Origin: Nitrosopumilus sp.
GTDB lineage: Archaea > Thermoproteota > Nitrososphaeria > Nitrososphaerales > Nitrosopumilaceae
Direction: 5' to 3'
Assembly (NCBI GenBank): GCA_965224195.1
Contig: OZ245040.1
Coordinates: forward strand, 1,024,001 to 1,088,000
DNA length: 64,000 nucleotides
In this document: one piece after another, positions 1-10,226 of the stretch
Numbering within the stretch: position 1 is the first letter of the stretch
How the letters are laid out: the number at the start of each line of letters is the position of its first letter
Position numbers and translations under genes: made by a program
Notes under the pieces: generated by a model
The model's input: only the letters and a program-made list of their open reading frames with translations
The model's database searches: none
What the model was told of the DNA's origin: nothing

Positions 1-566
1 AGATCCTCCATATTATCCACATCCCACATTATTCTTTTCACAAATACCATTGCAACATTGAGTGTATGCTCTTTTGCGGTGTTCATATGGATTTTGTAAC
101 TGTCTTCATCATAATGGGTTTCCATCAAATCTATTGGCATTCTTGCCAATGCATTGGTCCCATCAAATCTTCTCGAAGGAACAATAATTGCAAAATTTGG
201 GTGCATCTTATAGTTTAACATGAAATCAATATCTTGAGTTTTGATAAATGGGATATCTTGAGGAAACACAATTGATGCATCAAAATTGTTTTCTAAAAGA
301 TATTTGTCCGCCAATGCTACTGCACTGTTTACGCTCTCTTCTTTTTCATCAATTATGGTGGTTGTGTTGAATTTTTTTCCAATTTCAATTGCTTTTGGTT
401 CTTTAGTTACCATTACTGTTTTTTCAATTTGTGGTGAAATTGACAAAGTGTATAAAATTTCCTCTAACATTATTTTGCATAATTCTTCTACTTGTTGTTG
501 AGATAAATCTAGACGTGTTTTAGCATTTAAGAAAGTCTTTACAGGAATAATTGCAGCTATTTTCAA
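1..566 (-). CDS. cofC: 2-phospho-L-lactate guanylyltransferase (F420 biosynthesis); 3' end runs off the window
   Basis: Manual translation from TTG at 566 gives MKIAAIIPVKTFLNAKTRL..., the CofC 'IPVK..AK.RL' N-terminus, and ...PSRRFDGTNAL. Lies directly downstream of cofD. Confidence 0.9.
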   Translation of the reverse strand, partial: MKIAAIIPVKTFLNAKTRLDLSQQQVEELCKIMLEEILYTLSISPQIEKTVMVTKEPKAIEIGKKFNTTTIIDEKEESVNSAVALADKYLLENNFDASIVFPQDIPFIKTQDIDFMLNYKMHPNFAIIVPSRRFDGTNALARMPIDLMETHYDEDSYKIHMNTAKEHTLNVAMVFVKRIMWDVDNMED

Positions 567-567
567 A

Positions 568-1488
568 TTACACGTGTACTTGTTTCAAAATGAAATTTGC
601 TAATGCGTCTTCAGCAATTTTATTTTTCATAGTAATTTTTGTTTCAAAAACTTTCATATCTAAACTCTGAATTTTCTTTACCAAAGTTTTATCCTTTGGG
701 TCCACGATGATATTTGCACATACGTCTGAATACATTTTTGCTAATCCATAAGCATTTGATTCGATTCCTGCAGCCTGCATGTATTTTGCTGCAGGCCCAC
801 TAATTGCATTATCTCCAATCAATGGGCTGACTGCAACTACCTTCTTTTTTATTTTTGATAATTCTTTTCTAATCCCTTTGATTTGAAGCATAGGTCCAAT
901 TGATGTTAGTGGATTCCCTGGTGCTAAAATTACCATATCTGCATCATGAATTGCATTTATTGCTTCAGGATTTGGACGAGCTTTATCTGCTCCGATATAT
1001 TGAATCCCTTCAATTGGATCTTTACCTCTATGTTTGACATGATATTCTTGTAAATGTAATTCTCCTTTATCTGTGGTAATCCTTGTTTCAATACTGTTAT
1101 CAGTAACTGGTATGATGTTTGCACTAACTGCAAATTTCTCACACATCCATTTTGTAATGTCACTTAGATTCTTTCCATTTTTCAACATGTTAGTTCTGAT
1201 TAAATGAGTGGCTGCATCTCTATCTCCTACTCTAAACCATGTTTCTTCCCCAAAAACTTCCATTTGACGTAAAAAGTTGAATGTATCTTTTTTCATCCCC
1301 CACCCTCTCTCTTGATCAAGTAAATCTGCTAATCCATACACTATAGTGTCAATATCTGGACAAACGTATAGTCCGTATAGCCAATAATTATCTCCAACAT
1401 TACTAATTACATTAACTTTGGATTCTTGGGCAACTAGACCTCTAACTAGCTTGACTGAACCTGTTCCACCTGCTAAGACTGTTATCAT
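568..1488 (-). CDS. cofD: 2-phospho-L-lactate transferase
   Basis: LAGGTG, CPDIDT, GDRD.ATH and PGNP.TSIGP motifs; adjacent to cofC. Confidence 0.95.
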   Translation of the reverse strand: MITVLAGGTGSVKLVRGLVAQESKVNVISNVGDNYWLYGLYVCPDIDTIVYGLADLLDQERGWGMKKDTFNFLRQMEVFGEETWFRVGDRDAATHLIRTNMLKNGKNLSDITKWMCEKFAVSANIIPVTDNSIETRITTDKGELHLQEYHVKHRGKDPIEGIQYIGADKARPNPEAINAIHDADMVILAPGNPLTSIGPMLQIKGIRKELSKIKKKVVAVSPLIGDNAISGPAAKYMQAAGIESNAYGLAKMYSDVCANIIVDPKDKTLVKKIQSLDMKVFETKITMKNKIAEDALANFILKQVHV

Positions 1489-1603
1489 ATCATATTCCTC
1501 TAAAACCGTATTTGCAGAGTTTGTTACTCAATATTACTTTTTCAAAAATTACCGATCTAGATATTTTGGATAAGTTTATTAGCGTAATTTCAGGGATTCA
1601 CTC

Positions 1604-2968
1604 GTGTCTAGGGCTGTAATATTGTCTGTTTTGCTAGCAACTCTTATTGTTGTTGGTACTAGTACTCCAGTTTGGGCAGCCCAATTAGATGCAAGAATTA
1701 ATCCTAACACTGAAACTTCTCCATTCAAAATAACATATCTAAAAACTGTCTTCATTGAATATCCAAAAGGCGGAAATCTTTTTGATGAATTACAAGGAAA
1801 AGAATGGACTGTAGGTGGAACTGCTGATTTTTCAAATCCTGGAGTTCAAGCCCTTATGGCTGAATTAAATCGTAATATTGCTAATGATGGTAGCCAAGTA
1901 CAAATTGATGACTTGAATGTAACTTATGACTATCATCTTAAATTTAGAAACATCAATACTTCAATTGATTACCGTGTACTTTTAGAGGGAACTTTGAGTA
2001 ATTATGTAATCACTGATGATGGTCAAAGATCTTTAGTTGATTTGGGTTGGAGAGCATTGTCTACAGATAAAGAAATTGTAATTGATGGCATTGAAATTAA
2101 TATTCCAATTAATATTTTAAGAGATAATGAACCAGAAGTATACACGTACTTTGCTGGAACTGAAGCAGAAGAAGTTTTAGGCAAACATCTTATCAATGCT
2201 GATTTTATTTTAGAACAACCATTAACTAACTGGCATTTTCTATTTGATCCAACTGGAATTAATGTGGATGCCGGAACTTTTGGACTAGATGATGAAATCT
2301 CTGGATTCGTTATATCTTCATGGACCATGGGTGAAAGTAGTATCAGAGAAGGTAGACAAGTTGAAAAAGTCTTTGAAGCAGAAATAATGGCTGATCAATT
2401 ATATATTGTTAGAAGTGTTCAATCATCTGATCAAGCAAACTTGTCCACTATAGGATTTGGTGCTTTAGATAGTTTAGATGGTGTTGAAATTGTAGGTGTA
2501 ACGCCAACTCCCCCGGAAGATTATATGACTACATCCACTGGTAATTTCCCTGTAATGATAATTTATGGTATGGCTGCAATAGCTGCTATTGCCGGTATTG
2601 GATTTTTCTTTATTAGTAGCAGATCTCTCAAAAATGAGTCAACCGAACAATCAGGAATTGATCCTAGTAGATTACAAGGTTATGAGACCAGTGCCTCTTC
2701 TGGTGGTTATCAAACCAATAGAGGTGAGGCTCAACTAAAAGATGATAGTGATTATCAACAAACACGAAGTCATTATGATGAACCTTCACAACAAAGTCCG
2801 CCACCACAAGCAACCCCTTCTTCTCAGGATGAAGCAGCATGTGGATGTGCAGCATCTGCTGAAATGGGTTCAGAATGTGATTGTGCAATGCAAGGTGCTT
2901 GTCTTTGTGATGGAACATGTAGATGTGGCGCAGATATCTGTAAAGAACAAGTTAAATCAATGAGTTAA
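1604..2968 (+). CDS. Single-pass membrane protein with signal peptide and Cys-rich C-terminal tail
   Basis: Hydrophobic N-terminus, TM helix VMIIYGMAAIAAIAGIGFFFI, and a tail with 9 Cys mostly in CxC pairs. Confidence 0.8.
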   Translation: MSRAVILSVLLATLIVVGTSTPVWAAQLDARINPNTETSPFKITYLKTVFIEYPKGGNLFDELQGKEWTVGGTADFSNPGVQALMAELNRNIANDGSQVQIDDLNVTYDYHLKFRNINTSIDYRVLLEGTLSNYVITDDGQRSLVDLGWRALSTDKEIVIDGIEINIPINILRDNEPEVYTYFAGTEAEEVLGKHLINADFILEQPLTNWHFLFDPTGINVDAGTFGLDDEISGFVISSWTMGESSIREGRQVEKVFEAEIMADQLYIVRSVQSSDQANLSTIGFGALDSLDGVEIVGVTPTPPEDYMTTSTGNFPVMIIYGMAAIAAIAGIGFFFISSRSLKNESTEQSGIDPSRLQGYETSASSGGYQTNRGEAQLKDDSDYQQTRSHYDEPSQQSPPPQATPSSQDEAACGCAASAEMGSECDCAMQGACLCDGTCRCGADICKEQVKSMS

Positions 2969-3082
2969 TCTTAGTCTCAATTCTTAATGTTTCCAGAAAT
3001 GGGATTATTCACGGTGTTTAATGTTTTTGTTAAAAAATTGTTTTCTCATTATTTAAAATAGTAGACATTTCATTAATTTGGT

Positions 3083-3226
3083 ATGTCTGAGAGACTTACC
3101 ATTATGCTCAATAGTGATATTGCAAAGAAACTTCGATCTTTACAGGCAAAGAAAATTAAAGAATCCTCATCCACTGTGAGTTTTTCTAGAATTGTAAATG
3201 AAGTATTAGAAAAAGGCTTAAAATAA
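3083..3226 (+). CDS. 47-aa ribbon-helix-helix-like small protein
   Basis: MSERLTIMLNSDIAKKLRSLQAKKIKESSSTVSFSRIVNEVLEKGLK has an alternating beta strand followed by two helices ('SFSRIVNEVL'). Below the ORF-track cutoff. Confidence 0.7.
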   Translation: MSERLTIMLNSDIAKKLRSLQAKKIKESSSTVSFSRIVNEVLEKGLK

Positions 3227-3228
3227 TT

Positions 3229-3328
3229 TTAGTTTTTTTCTTTTTTATGGATTGTCCTTATGTGTCTGTCTAAGTGTCCTTCTCCTGCAAGATGTTTTTT
3301 ACAATGTGGACACAATTCTTTTCACCAT
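3229..3328 (-). pseudogene. C2H2 zinc-finger micro-protein with an apparent +1 frameshift near the start (or a 28-aa TTG-started ORF)
   Basis: Reads ...LCPHCKKHLAGEGHLDRHIRTIHKKEKN*. The ATG at 3328 is out of frame by one A in a GAAAAG run. Confidence 0.55.
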
Positions 3329-3384
3329 TTTCGATATTCATACTTTTTATGAATTTCATATATTAATTACACTAAAATTAAAAA

Positions 3385-3667
3385 ATGTGTGCTGGGAGTA
3401 ACCCTCCTTCTGTTTTCACGATATTTCGCTTTGCAGCCTACCTGAACTTAGTACAGGAACTATTAGTTCTGTTTGGCTTTGCTCCATGTGGGTCGTCTTT
3501 TTCATTCCTTTTATGGAAACCTCAGGTTTTGCCATCATAGTGCGCCATATTGGATTATTTTCTGCTCCGTTGCCAACCATCTCTGATTATCTATCTCCAG
3601 ATCACATTTCCTGTATGGAGGGAGGAGTTTCCTCTGCCGTAGCAGCGTGTCGTGCTCCAGCTCACAT
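3385..3667 (-). ncRNA. rnpB: RNase P RNA (archaeal)
   Basis: Minus strand carries GAGGAAACUCC (CR-I), GCAGAAA, GGAGCAA and AACAGAAGGAGGGUUA (CR-V). The termini are complementary (GUGAGCUGG.../...CCAGCACAC). Confidence 0.93.
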
Positions 3668-3698
3668 GAATAATGTATTTTGTTATGGGATTTGAGTA

Positions 3699-4328
3699 TT
3701 ACTTTTCAGGTTTTGTGCCTATGATGAACAATGTACCGTGTTCTCTTTTCCATTTCTTTTTGTTTTTCAAATCTTTGATATTTTTTGTTTTTACATTAAA
3801 GCCTATATTTGTGAAAAATTCTTTCCACTCTTTTTTTGAATGTAAATGCATCTGGATTTTCATTATTCCTGCCCATCTTGCAGTTGCCTTGTTGTCTGTA
3901 TAAAAATCGGTGCCACAGAAAAATTGTCCTCCGGGCTTTAATGATTTGTATATTTTCTCAAGTGCAATTTCTATAGAATTTGCATAGTAAAGTGATTCCA
4001 TTGAAAAAATGAAATTAAATTTTCCTCTATATTTCATTGATTCTATATCTGTGTGGATAAATCCTTCTTTTTTACTTTCTATCTTTTTTTTAGCCTGGAT
4101 GATCATTTTTTTACTTTTATCGATACCGATGGATTTTTTACAACTCTCTACTTTTGCAATTTTTCTTACTACCCACCCATTCCCACAACCTACATCTAAA
4201 AATGTAAATGGTTTATCAAATGATATTGATTCTAAAAATTTTAAAACATTTTTTCCATGTTCTTCTTCCATAAGTTCTGCTCTTCCATTTTGAGCCCATT
4301 TGTCAAATGTTTTCCTAACTTCATCCAT
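3699..4328 (-). CDS. Class I SAM-dependent methyltransferase
   Basis: FLDVGCGNG motif I and LKPGG. Confidence 0.9.
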   Translation of the reverse strand: MDEVRKTFDKWAQNGRAELMEEEHGKNVLKFLESISFDKPFTFLDVGCGNGWVVRKIAKVESCKKSIGIDKSKKMIIQAKKKIESKKEGFIHTDIESMKYRGKFNFIFSMESLYYANSIEIALEKIYKSLKPGGQFFCGTDFYTDNKATARWAGIMKIQMHLHSKKEWKEFFTNIGFNVKTKNIKDLKNKKKWKREHGTLFIIGTKPEK

Positions 4329-4438
4329 ACTCTTTGACTATTTTGTTTCAATTATAATCTTCTTCTCACTGAGCTATACGATGAACAATTTCTTCGTATT
4401 TCTTATATTTAATTTTTAATTATTTATTTTGAATATAA

Positions 4439-4654
4439 TTGCCTGATGAATCATGTCGAAATTGTGGTGGAAGGTTGCATGAGAATACAAAATGTTCTCA
4501 ATGCTTCAAATCTAACAGTATGATCTGTAATGAATGTTCGACAATTACTCTAGTGCAATTTCATTCATTTTGTATGTCTTACCAGACCGACCAAACCAAC
4601 TCTGTGCTCCAAATTAAGTCTGGCAACCATTCAATGACGGTTGTCATGGCTTAA
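4439..4654 (+). CDS. Small multi-CxxC zinc-ribbon protein
   Basis: CRNC, CSQC, CNEC and HxxC motifs. Confidence 0.7.
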   Translation: MPDESCRNCGGRLHENTKCSQCFKSNSMICNECSTITLVQFHSFCMSYQTDQTNSVLQIKSGNHSMTVVMA

Positions 4655-4731
4655 TTTATCAAAATCATTCAAAATATTTCATATCATAGCTGCTCAAGTT
4701 TTAAGTAGGATGTGCCTCGATTTGTATTCTT

Positions 4732-7689
4732 ATGAGTCGAATACCAGTCGTTTTGAGCCTATTTGTTATACTTTTGATGCCTGTATATGCATCAGCTCAA
4801 ACTCCTGACCGAATTACAATGCTTGAAAATTTTGGTGGTTACGAGAGTGGTGAGCCTTTGTTTGTCTATGGACAAATTGCAAATCTTTTAGATGATTCTT
4901 TTTTGATCATGCAAATCATTAATCCTCAAGGAGATTTGTGTCAAATTCAACAATTAATGCCATTGTCAAATGGCGCTTTCATCACTGATGTTATTCCTTT
5001 GAAGGGTAGAATTTGCGGTATTTCTGGAGAATATGAAATAAAGTTATTCTATGGTGATTATTCAAAATCCACCACATTCACTGTTTCATCTGATTCTTTT
5101 TCAGAACCTGATAAAGAACAAATGATTTTGTCTGCACAAAACTTGATATTCTCTCACAGTGATGTAGTTGGAAAATTGTTTGACATCTCTCCTCCTATCT
5201 CTAATTCTACTTCAAATGATTTATCTCAACTAGAATCTGATTTTGTAGGTTTATGGAATGAATTCTTTGTAGATGATTTAATAATTGAAATTGATCCTTT
5301 GATTAGACCCGCCGTATCTTCATCATTAGATTCAGTCCAAAAATTATTAGATGATGATGAAGTTTCTTTTGAAATAGCAAAATCAATAGATGAAACCATT
5401 TTTGGATCTATTTTTTATTATGAAATTGGAGATAAAACTAAAGCAATTGATTTGTTAACTGATGCATTCGTAGATGTAAAAAATGTAAATCCTGAAAAAG
5501 TTACAAATCAAAGAGCCCCAACTTTTGATGAATTAGAAGAGACCCTTTTGAATTTGATGAAAAAGTCTGATACAGTAATGAGCAAATCTGTAAAAACTGA
5601 GGTTGGATTTATTTTTGCAAGAGGGACTGCTCCTGTATTTTCAGATGAAATTGGTGAACTGATCGATGTACTTTCAAAATCTCGATATCTTGATGTAGTT
5701 TCTAGAAAACAAAGTGATCTTTATCGTCTAGTCCAAAGTGATTGGGAATCCTTGAAGCCCTCTCTAATGGCAAAAGATTCTATCGATGAATTAATTTCAT
5801 CATCAATACGGGTTACAGAATTACATCAGGCAGCCATTCTTTTACGAGCATTAGACAATGTTGATGGATTCATTTCTTCTGATTCTGAAGAAAACAGCGA
5901 TCTCACAAATCTAATTCAACCTAATTGGAATGCATTAGAGCGTGATTTGGCATTAGCCAGCTCAGTAGAAGATATTCTAGAATCTGAATCAAAAATCAAT
6001 CAAATGGTCCAAGTCATAGATATCTCATCCAGAATTAGTAAGAGCGTTGAGATTTCTCAATCTGCTGGTGTGGCATCCCCGCTAGTTGATAATTGGAAAT
6101 TACTTTTAGAAAGAGCTGATGATGCCGATTCTATCGATGATATTTTAGAAATTGTTTCTGAGTTTGATCAATCAATGACTGAATTAAGAGAGAAGAGAAA
6201 TCCTTTGACAGTTTTAGAATTTCAATATAAATCTATGAAAGAAAAGGCTGAACTTCAAGCTGATTATGAAAATCTATTTTTAATTGATAATGCATTAAGG
6301 ATTTTGAACACTGCTAAACAAATGGAATCTGGAAATCCCTCAATCACTAGAATTGATAGAATCGAAGTGCTATTGAGTTGGATTAGTGATATGTCTTCAA
6401 AAATTCAAAGTGATTTAGATTCTTACAGTAAGGATGCTTACAAAATACGTGCAAGTGATATTTTACAACGTGCAAAATCTCTTGAAAATTTAGTTGAATT
6501 GAGTTTAACTAAAAATCGATTCCTTCCAAATTATATTGAATTTACTGAAACATTTAATGAACAAATTGACAATGTTCGAGATCTTGTAATTAAAAATGAT
6601 CTTGATCAAGCTGATAAATTAGTTCGTGATTTATTTGATGAATGGAGTTTAGTGTCACAAGCATATACTGATGATCCTTTAGGTTCAGATATTGGTTATA
6701 CAGCAGATGAAATCAAACGAATTGAATTCCGTAAAAAATTAGATACTTTCTCATACATGGTTTCTACTTTTTACAATACCGGATTTTCTGAACATGTTGA
6801 TAAATATAATGTCCTGATGGCTGACGCTGATCACATGATCAAATTGGCAAATTTTGTTGATGCTGAATCAAAGATTTTAGAAATTGGTGACTATCTTAGT
6901 GAATATTTGGCTCTACACAATGACAGTATTATCTACGATATTTCATTTGATGCTGAAAAAGACATTTGGGTGATTAATGGTGCTACTGAAAAATCTGTTT
7001 TTGACAGACGTGAAAACCTCTATGTTACTGTGTATAATATGGATGGAACTACACACAGCAGTCTAGAATTCACTGATACAAAACAAGGTAATTTCTTCAC
7101 TCAATGGATTGCTCCTGCTGATCCTGGACTATATGTTGTAATGTTACAATACAAAGATTCCAAAGCATCCCAAATCGTTCATGTTGAGGATAACTTTGAT
7201 TATGAATACAATGCTGCTGATTTGAGTATGGTTGATTTGGCACGTGAATTTAAAGAATTAGAATCATTTGCTGAAAAATTCGGTGGTGAGAATTATTCTG
7301 AAAACCCTCGATTTGCATCAGTAATTAATGAAATTGAATTTGCGTTCAAAGATAAAGATGCAGAAGATGTGGATAACAATCTAAAAGAATTGAAAACTAT
7401 CATTGAACGATATCTTCCAGTTAGATCTCGTGTTGCTGTGGTTGAAGCCATTTATGATGATGATAAATTGATTGTTTCTGGCGCTGTTCAAAAAACTCTT
7501 GCATTTAGAGAAGATTTGTTTGTAGATGTTTATGATCAAAGAGGTAACTTGGTTGAAGAAATTGCATTAAAGGATAATTCATCTGGGTTATTTACAGAAG
7601 TTGTTTTACGAGAATTTGATTCTGGTGTATATGTAACTCAGTTACAATATCATGATGTAATAGTGACTGACTTTTTTAATGTGAAATAA
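4732..7689 (+). CDS. Large secreted/surface protein of unknown function (985 aa)
   Basis: Signal peptide (PVYASA), repeated beta-rich modules ('G.Y...LQY.D') at both ends and an acidic helical core. Confidence 0.75.
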   Translation: MSRIPVVLSLFVILLMPVYASAQTPDRITMLENFGGYESGEPLFVYGQIANLLDDSFLIMQIINPQGDLCQIQQLMPLSNGAFITDVIPLKGRICGISGEYEIKLFYGDYSKSTTFTVSSDSFSEPDKEQMILSAQNLIFSHSDVVGKLFDISPPISNSTSNDLSQLESDFVGLWNEFFVDDLIIEIDPLIRPAVSSSLDSVQKLLDDDEVSFEIAKSIDETIFGSIFYYEIGDKTKAIDLLTDAFVDVKNVNPEKVTNQRAPTFDELEETLLNLMKKSDTVMSKSVKTEVGFIFARGTAPVFSDEIGELIDVLSKSRYLDVVSRKQSDLYRLVQSDWESLKPSLMAKDSIDELISSSIRVTELHQAAILLRALDNVDGFISSDSEENSDLTNLIQPNWNALERDLALASSVEDILESESKINQMVQVIDISSRISKSVEISQSAGVASPLVDNWKLLLERADDADSIDDILEIVSEFDQSMTELREKRNPLTVLEFQYKSMKEKAELQADYENLFLIDNALRILNTAKQMESGNPSITRIDRIEVLLSWISDMSSKIQSDLDSYSKDAYKIRASDILQRAKSLENLVELSLTKNRFLPNYIEFTETFNEQIDNVRDLVIKNDLDQADKLVRDLFDEWSLVSQAYTDDPLGSDIGYTADEIKRIEFRKKLDTFSYMVSTFYNTGFSEHVDKYNVLMADADHMIKLANFVDAESKILEIGDYLSEYLALHNDSIIYDISFDAEKDIWVINGATEKSVFDRRENLYVTVYNMDGTTHSSLEFTDTKQGNFFTQWIAPADPGLYVVMLQYKDSKASQIVHVEDNFDYEYNAADLSMVDLAREFKELESFAEKFGGENYSENPRFASVINEIEFAFKDKDAEDVDNNLKELKTIIERYLPVRSRVAVVEAIYDDDKLIVSGAVQKTLAFREDLFVDVYDQRGNLVEEIALKDNSSGLFTEVVLREFDSGVYVTQLQYHDVIVTDFFNVK

Positions 7690-8904
7690 TTATTTTTTAC
7701 CCTTTACTAAATTGAAGAGTTGTCTGACTGCTAGCTTTGGATGATGCGTTGCTAGTTTGATCATGTTTGATAAACCAAAATCTGCTTTGATAAAGTCAAT
7801 GAATTCCTCTGGTCTTAATTCTTTGATGATGTCTAGTTCTTTATCCCATTCTTCATCTGTTAGGCCAATCCACCTGTCTTGAACTTTACCTGCAGAATTA
7901 ATTTTTGACTCTATTTCTTTTCTCCAGTTTTCTTCATAAGGATAGAGTGATTTTTTGTCTGTGTTTCCTGATTTTATTGCATCTGAAGCTACTTTTCCTG
8001 CTATCCTTCCAAACTTTATCGCATATCTTATGCCTTCTAATACTAACGGGTTTGCTTGACCTGCTGAATCTCCCACTAGAATCAAATTATTGAAAACTGT
8101 TTTTCTAGACAATCCATCATTTGGAATTAACCCGTAATGAAATTCAATTTCAGTCAAATTCCCTAGTTTTTTTATTGGCCCTAACTTTTTCTCTATGATT
8201 TCTTTGAGTCTTTGAGTTGGGTCTACATTTGATTCTGGTTTCCCAACACCTACTCCAATTCTAACCGTGTTGTTCCCTAATGGAAATATCCATGCGTATC
8301 CTGTAGGGGAGTATTCTTGTCCTACCATCAACCACCATGTTTCAGAATCTACATTTTCTACTTTCATTTCGTATTCAGCTCCTGCACCAAATCTTTCCCA
8401 TTGAGGTGCAAATCCCATTGCTTTACAAACTGTTGATTGAAATCCACTTGCATCAATTACTACTTTAGCATGAAATGTTGTTTCTCCATTTGGTCCAACA
8501 CCGCTTACTCCTACAATGTCACCTTTTTCATTTTTAATTACATTTTTGATATTTGTTTTCACAAAAATATCTGCACCAATATTTTCTGCTTCGTTTGCTA
8601 ACCATCGATATGTTTTTCTTACATCTAATACTGCAGCTCTTGGAACCGTATCGCTAATTGTGACTTCGTTATTAGGAGAACAAAATGAAAAATTCTTGAT
8701 TGGATTAAAACAATCATCTGGAATTCCAAATTCCTTAATATTTTGAATCCATGTTACCCCACTGGTTCTTACAGTTTCTGCAATGGTGTTTTCTTTTTCA
8801 AGCAAGGCTACATTGATTCCCTTCTTTGCAGCAGTAAATGCGGCTGATGACCCTGCAGGCCCTCCTCCTACAATAACTAAATCATAATGATGTTCTTCTG
8901 GCAA
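7690..8904 (-). CDS. Geranylgeranyl reductase family FAD-dependent oxidoreductase
   Basis: VGGGPAGS, GYAWIFP and LVGDSAGQANPL.EGI motifs. Confidence 0.9.
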   Translation of the reverse strand: MPEEHHYDLVIVGGGPAGSSAAFTAAKKGINVALLEKENTIAETVRTSGVTWIQNIKEFGIPDDCFNPIKNFSFCSPNNEVTISDTVPRAAVLDVRKTYRWLANEAENIGADIFVKTNIKNVIKNEKGDIVGVSGVGPNGETTFHAKVVIDASGFQSTVCKAMGFAPQWERFGAGAEYEMKVENVDSETWWLMVGQEYSPTGYAWIFPLGNNTVRIGVGVGKPESNVDPTQRLKEIIEKKLGPIKKLGNLTEIEFHYGLIPNDGLSRKTVFNNLILVGDSAGQANPLVLEGIRYAIKFGRIAGKVASDAIKSGNTDKKSLYPYEENWRKEIESKINSAGKVQDRWIGLTDEEWDKELDIIKELRPEEFIDFIKADFGLSNMIKLATHHPKLAVRQLFNLVKGKK

Positions 8905-8954
8905 TTACTTTGAATGATAAATACCTAGGATATAATTTTGAGGAATGATGTTTG

Positions 8955-9164
8955 TTATTTTTTTAATACTGGAGTACCTGTTGTATCATTTTCTCTTTCT
9001 GAATCAAAAGTTTCCATGTGTGCTGGATCTCTATGCATGAAACTGTGTGTTTCTCCCTCTGTTTTTCTACAGAATTTTGAGTGAACTGTCTCTTCAATTT
9101 TTAATGTAGTTTCATTTTCGTGAAATATCCGTTTACCACAGTCTGGACATGTAAATTCAGGCAT
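8955..9164 (-). CDS. Small zinc-finger-like protein
   Basis: MPEFTCPDCG...H...C. The ATG at 9164 is preferred over the upstream TTG. Confidence 0.65.
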   Translation of the reverse strand: MPEFTCPDCGKRIFHENETTLKIEETVHSKFCRKTEGETHSFMHRDPAHMETFDSERENDTTGTPVLKK

Positions 9165-9263
9165 AAATCCCGTCAGTATCAAATCTATTTAGATGTTTCA
9201 TACTTTTGGCGAATAATTCCTTCTCAACCCAAACTTTAGATGTTTATTCATTTGTTGTAAAAC

Positions 9264-9380
9264 ATGGATGAATCTGAACTTGGATCTTTTTTCATGTGGT
9301 CTGTTATTACAGGAATTATTATGCTAGTTACTGGATTCAGCTATAGAGTATATTCTAAAAAGAACAAAATCTCTACTTGA
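9264..9380 (+). CDS. 38-aa single-TM micro-protein
   Basis: MDESELGSFFMWSVITGIIMLVTGFSYRVYSKKNKIST: one hydrophobic helix followed by basic residues. Confidence 0.5.
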   Translation: MDESELGSFFMWSVITGIIMLVTGFSYRVYSKKNKIST

Positions 9381-9399
9381 GATTATTTAAAATCTAATG

Positions 9400-10161
9400 T
9401 TATCCTTCTGAAGCTGTTTTGCCGCCATCTACATTCAAAATAGTTCCTGTAACCCAGTTTGCCTCATCAGATGCTAAATAAAGAACTGCATTTGCAACAT
9501 CTACTGGTTCTCCAACTCTTGCAAGAGGTAATCTTTCTTCTAACACTTTTCTTGCTTGAGGATCATCAAGATATGGTTTTATCATTCCTGAATTAATAAT
9601 TCCTGGATTTACACAATTACATCTTATGTTTCGTCTTGCATATTCTACTGCAATTGATTTTGTAAACATGGATATTGCAGCTTTGGTAGATGAATAAACT
9701 GCCAAGTGAACTCTTGGTATTGCTCTTTCACTTGAAATTGAGCCTACATTTACTATTGCTCCATTTTTAACATCTGACATCTTTGATAGGACTGCTTTTG
9801 TCATATGAAATACTCCTAACAAGTTTACATCAATTAGTTTTTTAATTTCAGAATCCTGCATTTCGTGAAAATGTATTGGGTCATTAATTGCTCCTGCATT
9901 ATTTACCAAAATGTCTATCTCACCATAGGTGTCCATAATCTGATTTACTGCTTGTAATACTTGGGATTCATCAGTTAAATCACATGAAATTGAGGCTGTT
10001 GATTCTTCATTACCTATCTCTTTTCTAGTTGCCTCTAATTGTTCCAAATTCCTTGCGACTAGGATTACTTTGGCTCCTTCTTCTGCAAATCTCTTGGCAA
10101 TACCTTTCCCAATATCACTTGATGCCCCTGTAACGATTACAATTTTTTCATTTAATCGCAT
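9400..10161 (-). CDS. Short-chain dehydrogenase/reductase (FabG-like)
   Basis: [17 protein letters not shown] catalytic motif and VDGG. Confidence 0.93.
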   Translation of the reverse strand: MRLNEKIVIVTGASSDIGKGIAKRFAEEGAKVILVARNLEQLEATRKEIGNEESTASISCDLTDESQVLQAVNQIMDTYGEIDILVNNAGAINDPIHFHEMQDSEIKKLIDVNLLGVFHMTKAVLSKMSDVKNGAIVNVGSISSERAIPRVHLAVYSSTKAAISMFTKSIAVEYARRNIRCNCVNPGIINSGMIKPYLDDPQARKVLEERLPLARVGEPVDVANAVLYLASDEANWVTGTILNVDGGKTASEG

Positions 10162-10226
10162 AATATTGCATTGTTATCATAACTTATAGAATTTTTGTTG
10201 AATTCTATTCGTGATTTTATTTGTTT

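Noticed and set aside
3486-3695. 69-aa ORF
   Set aside because: Antisense to the RNase P RNA.
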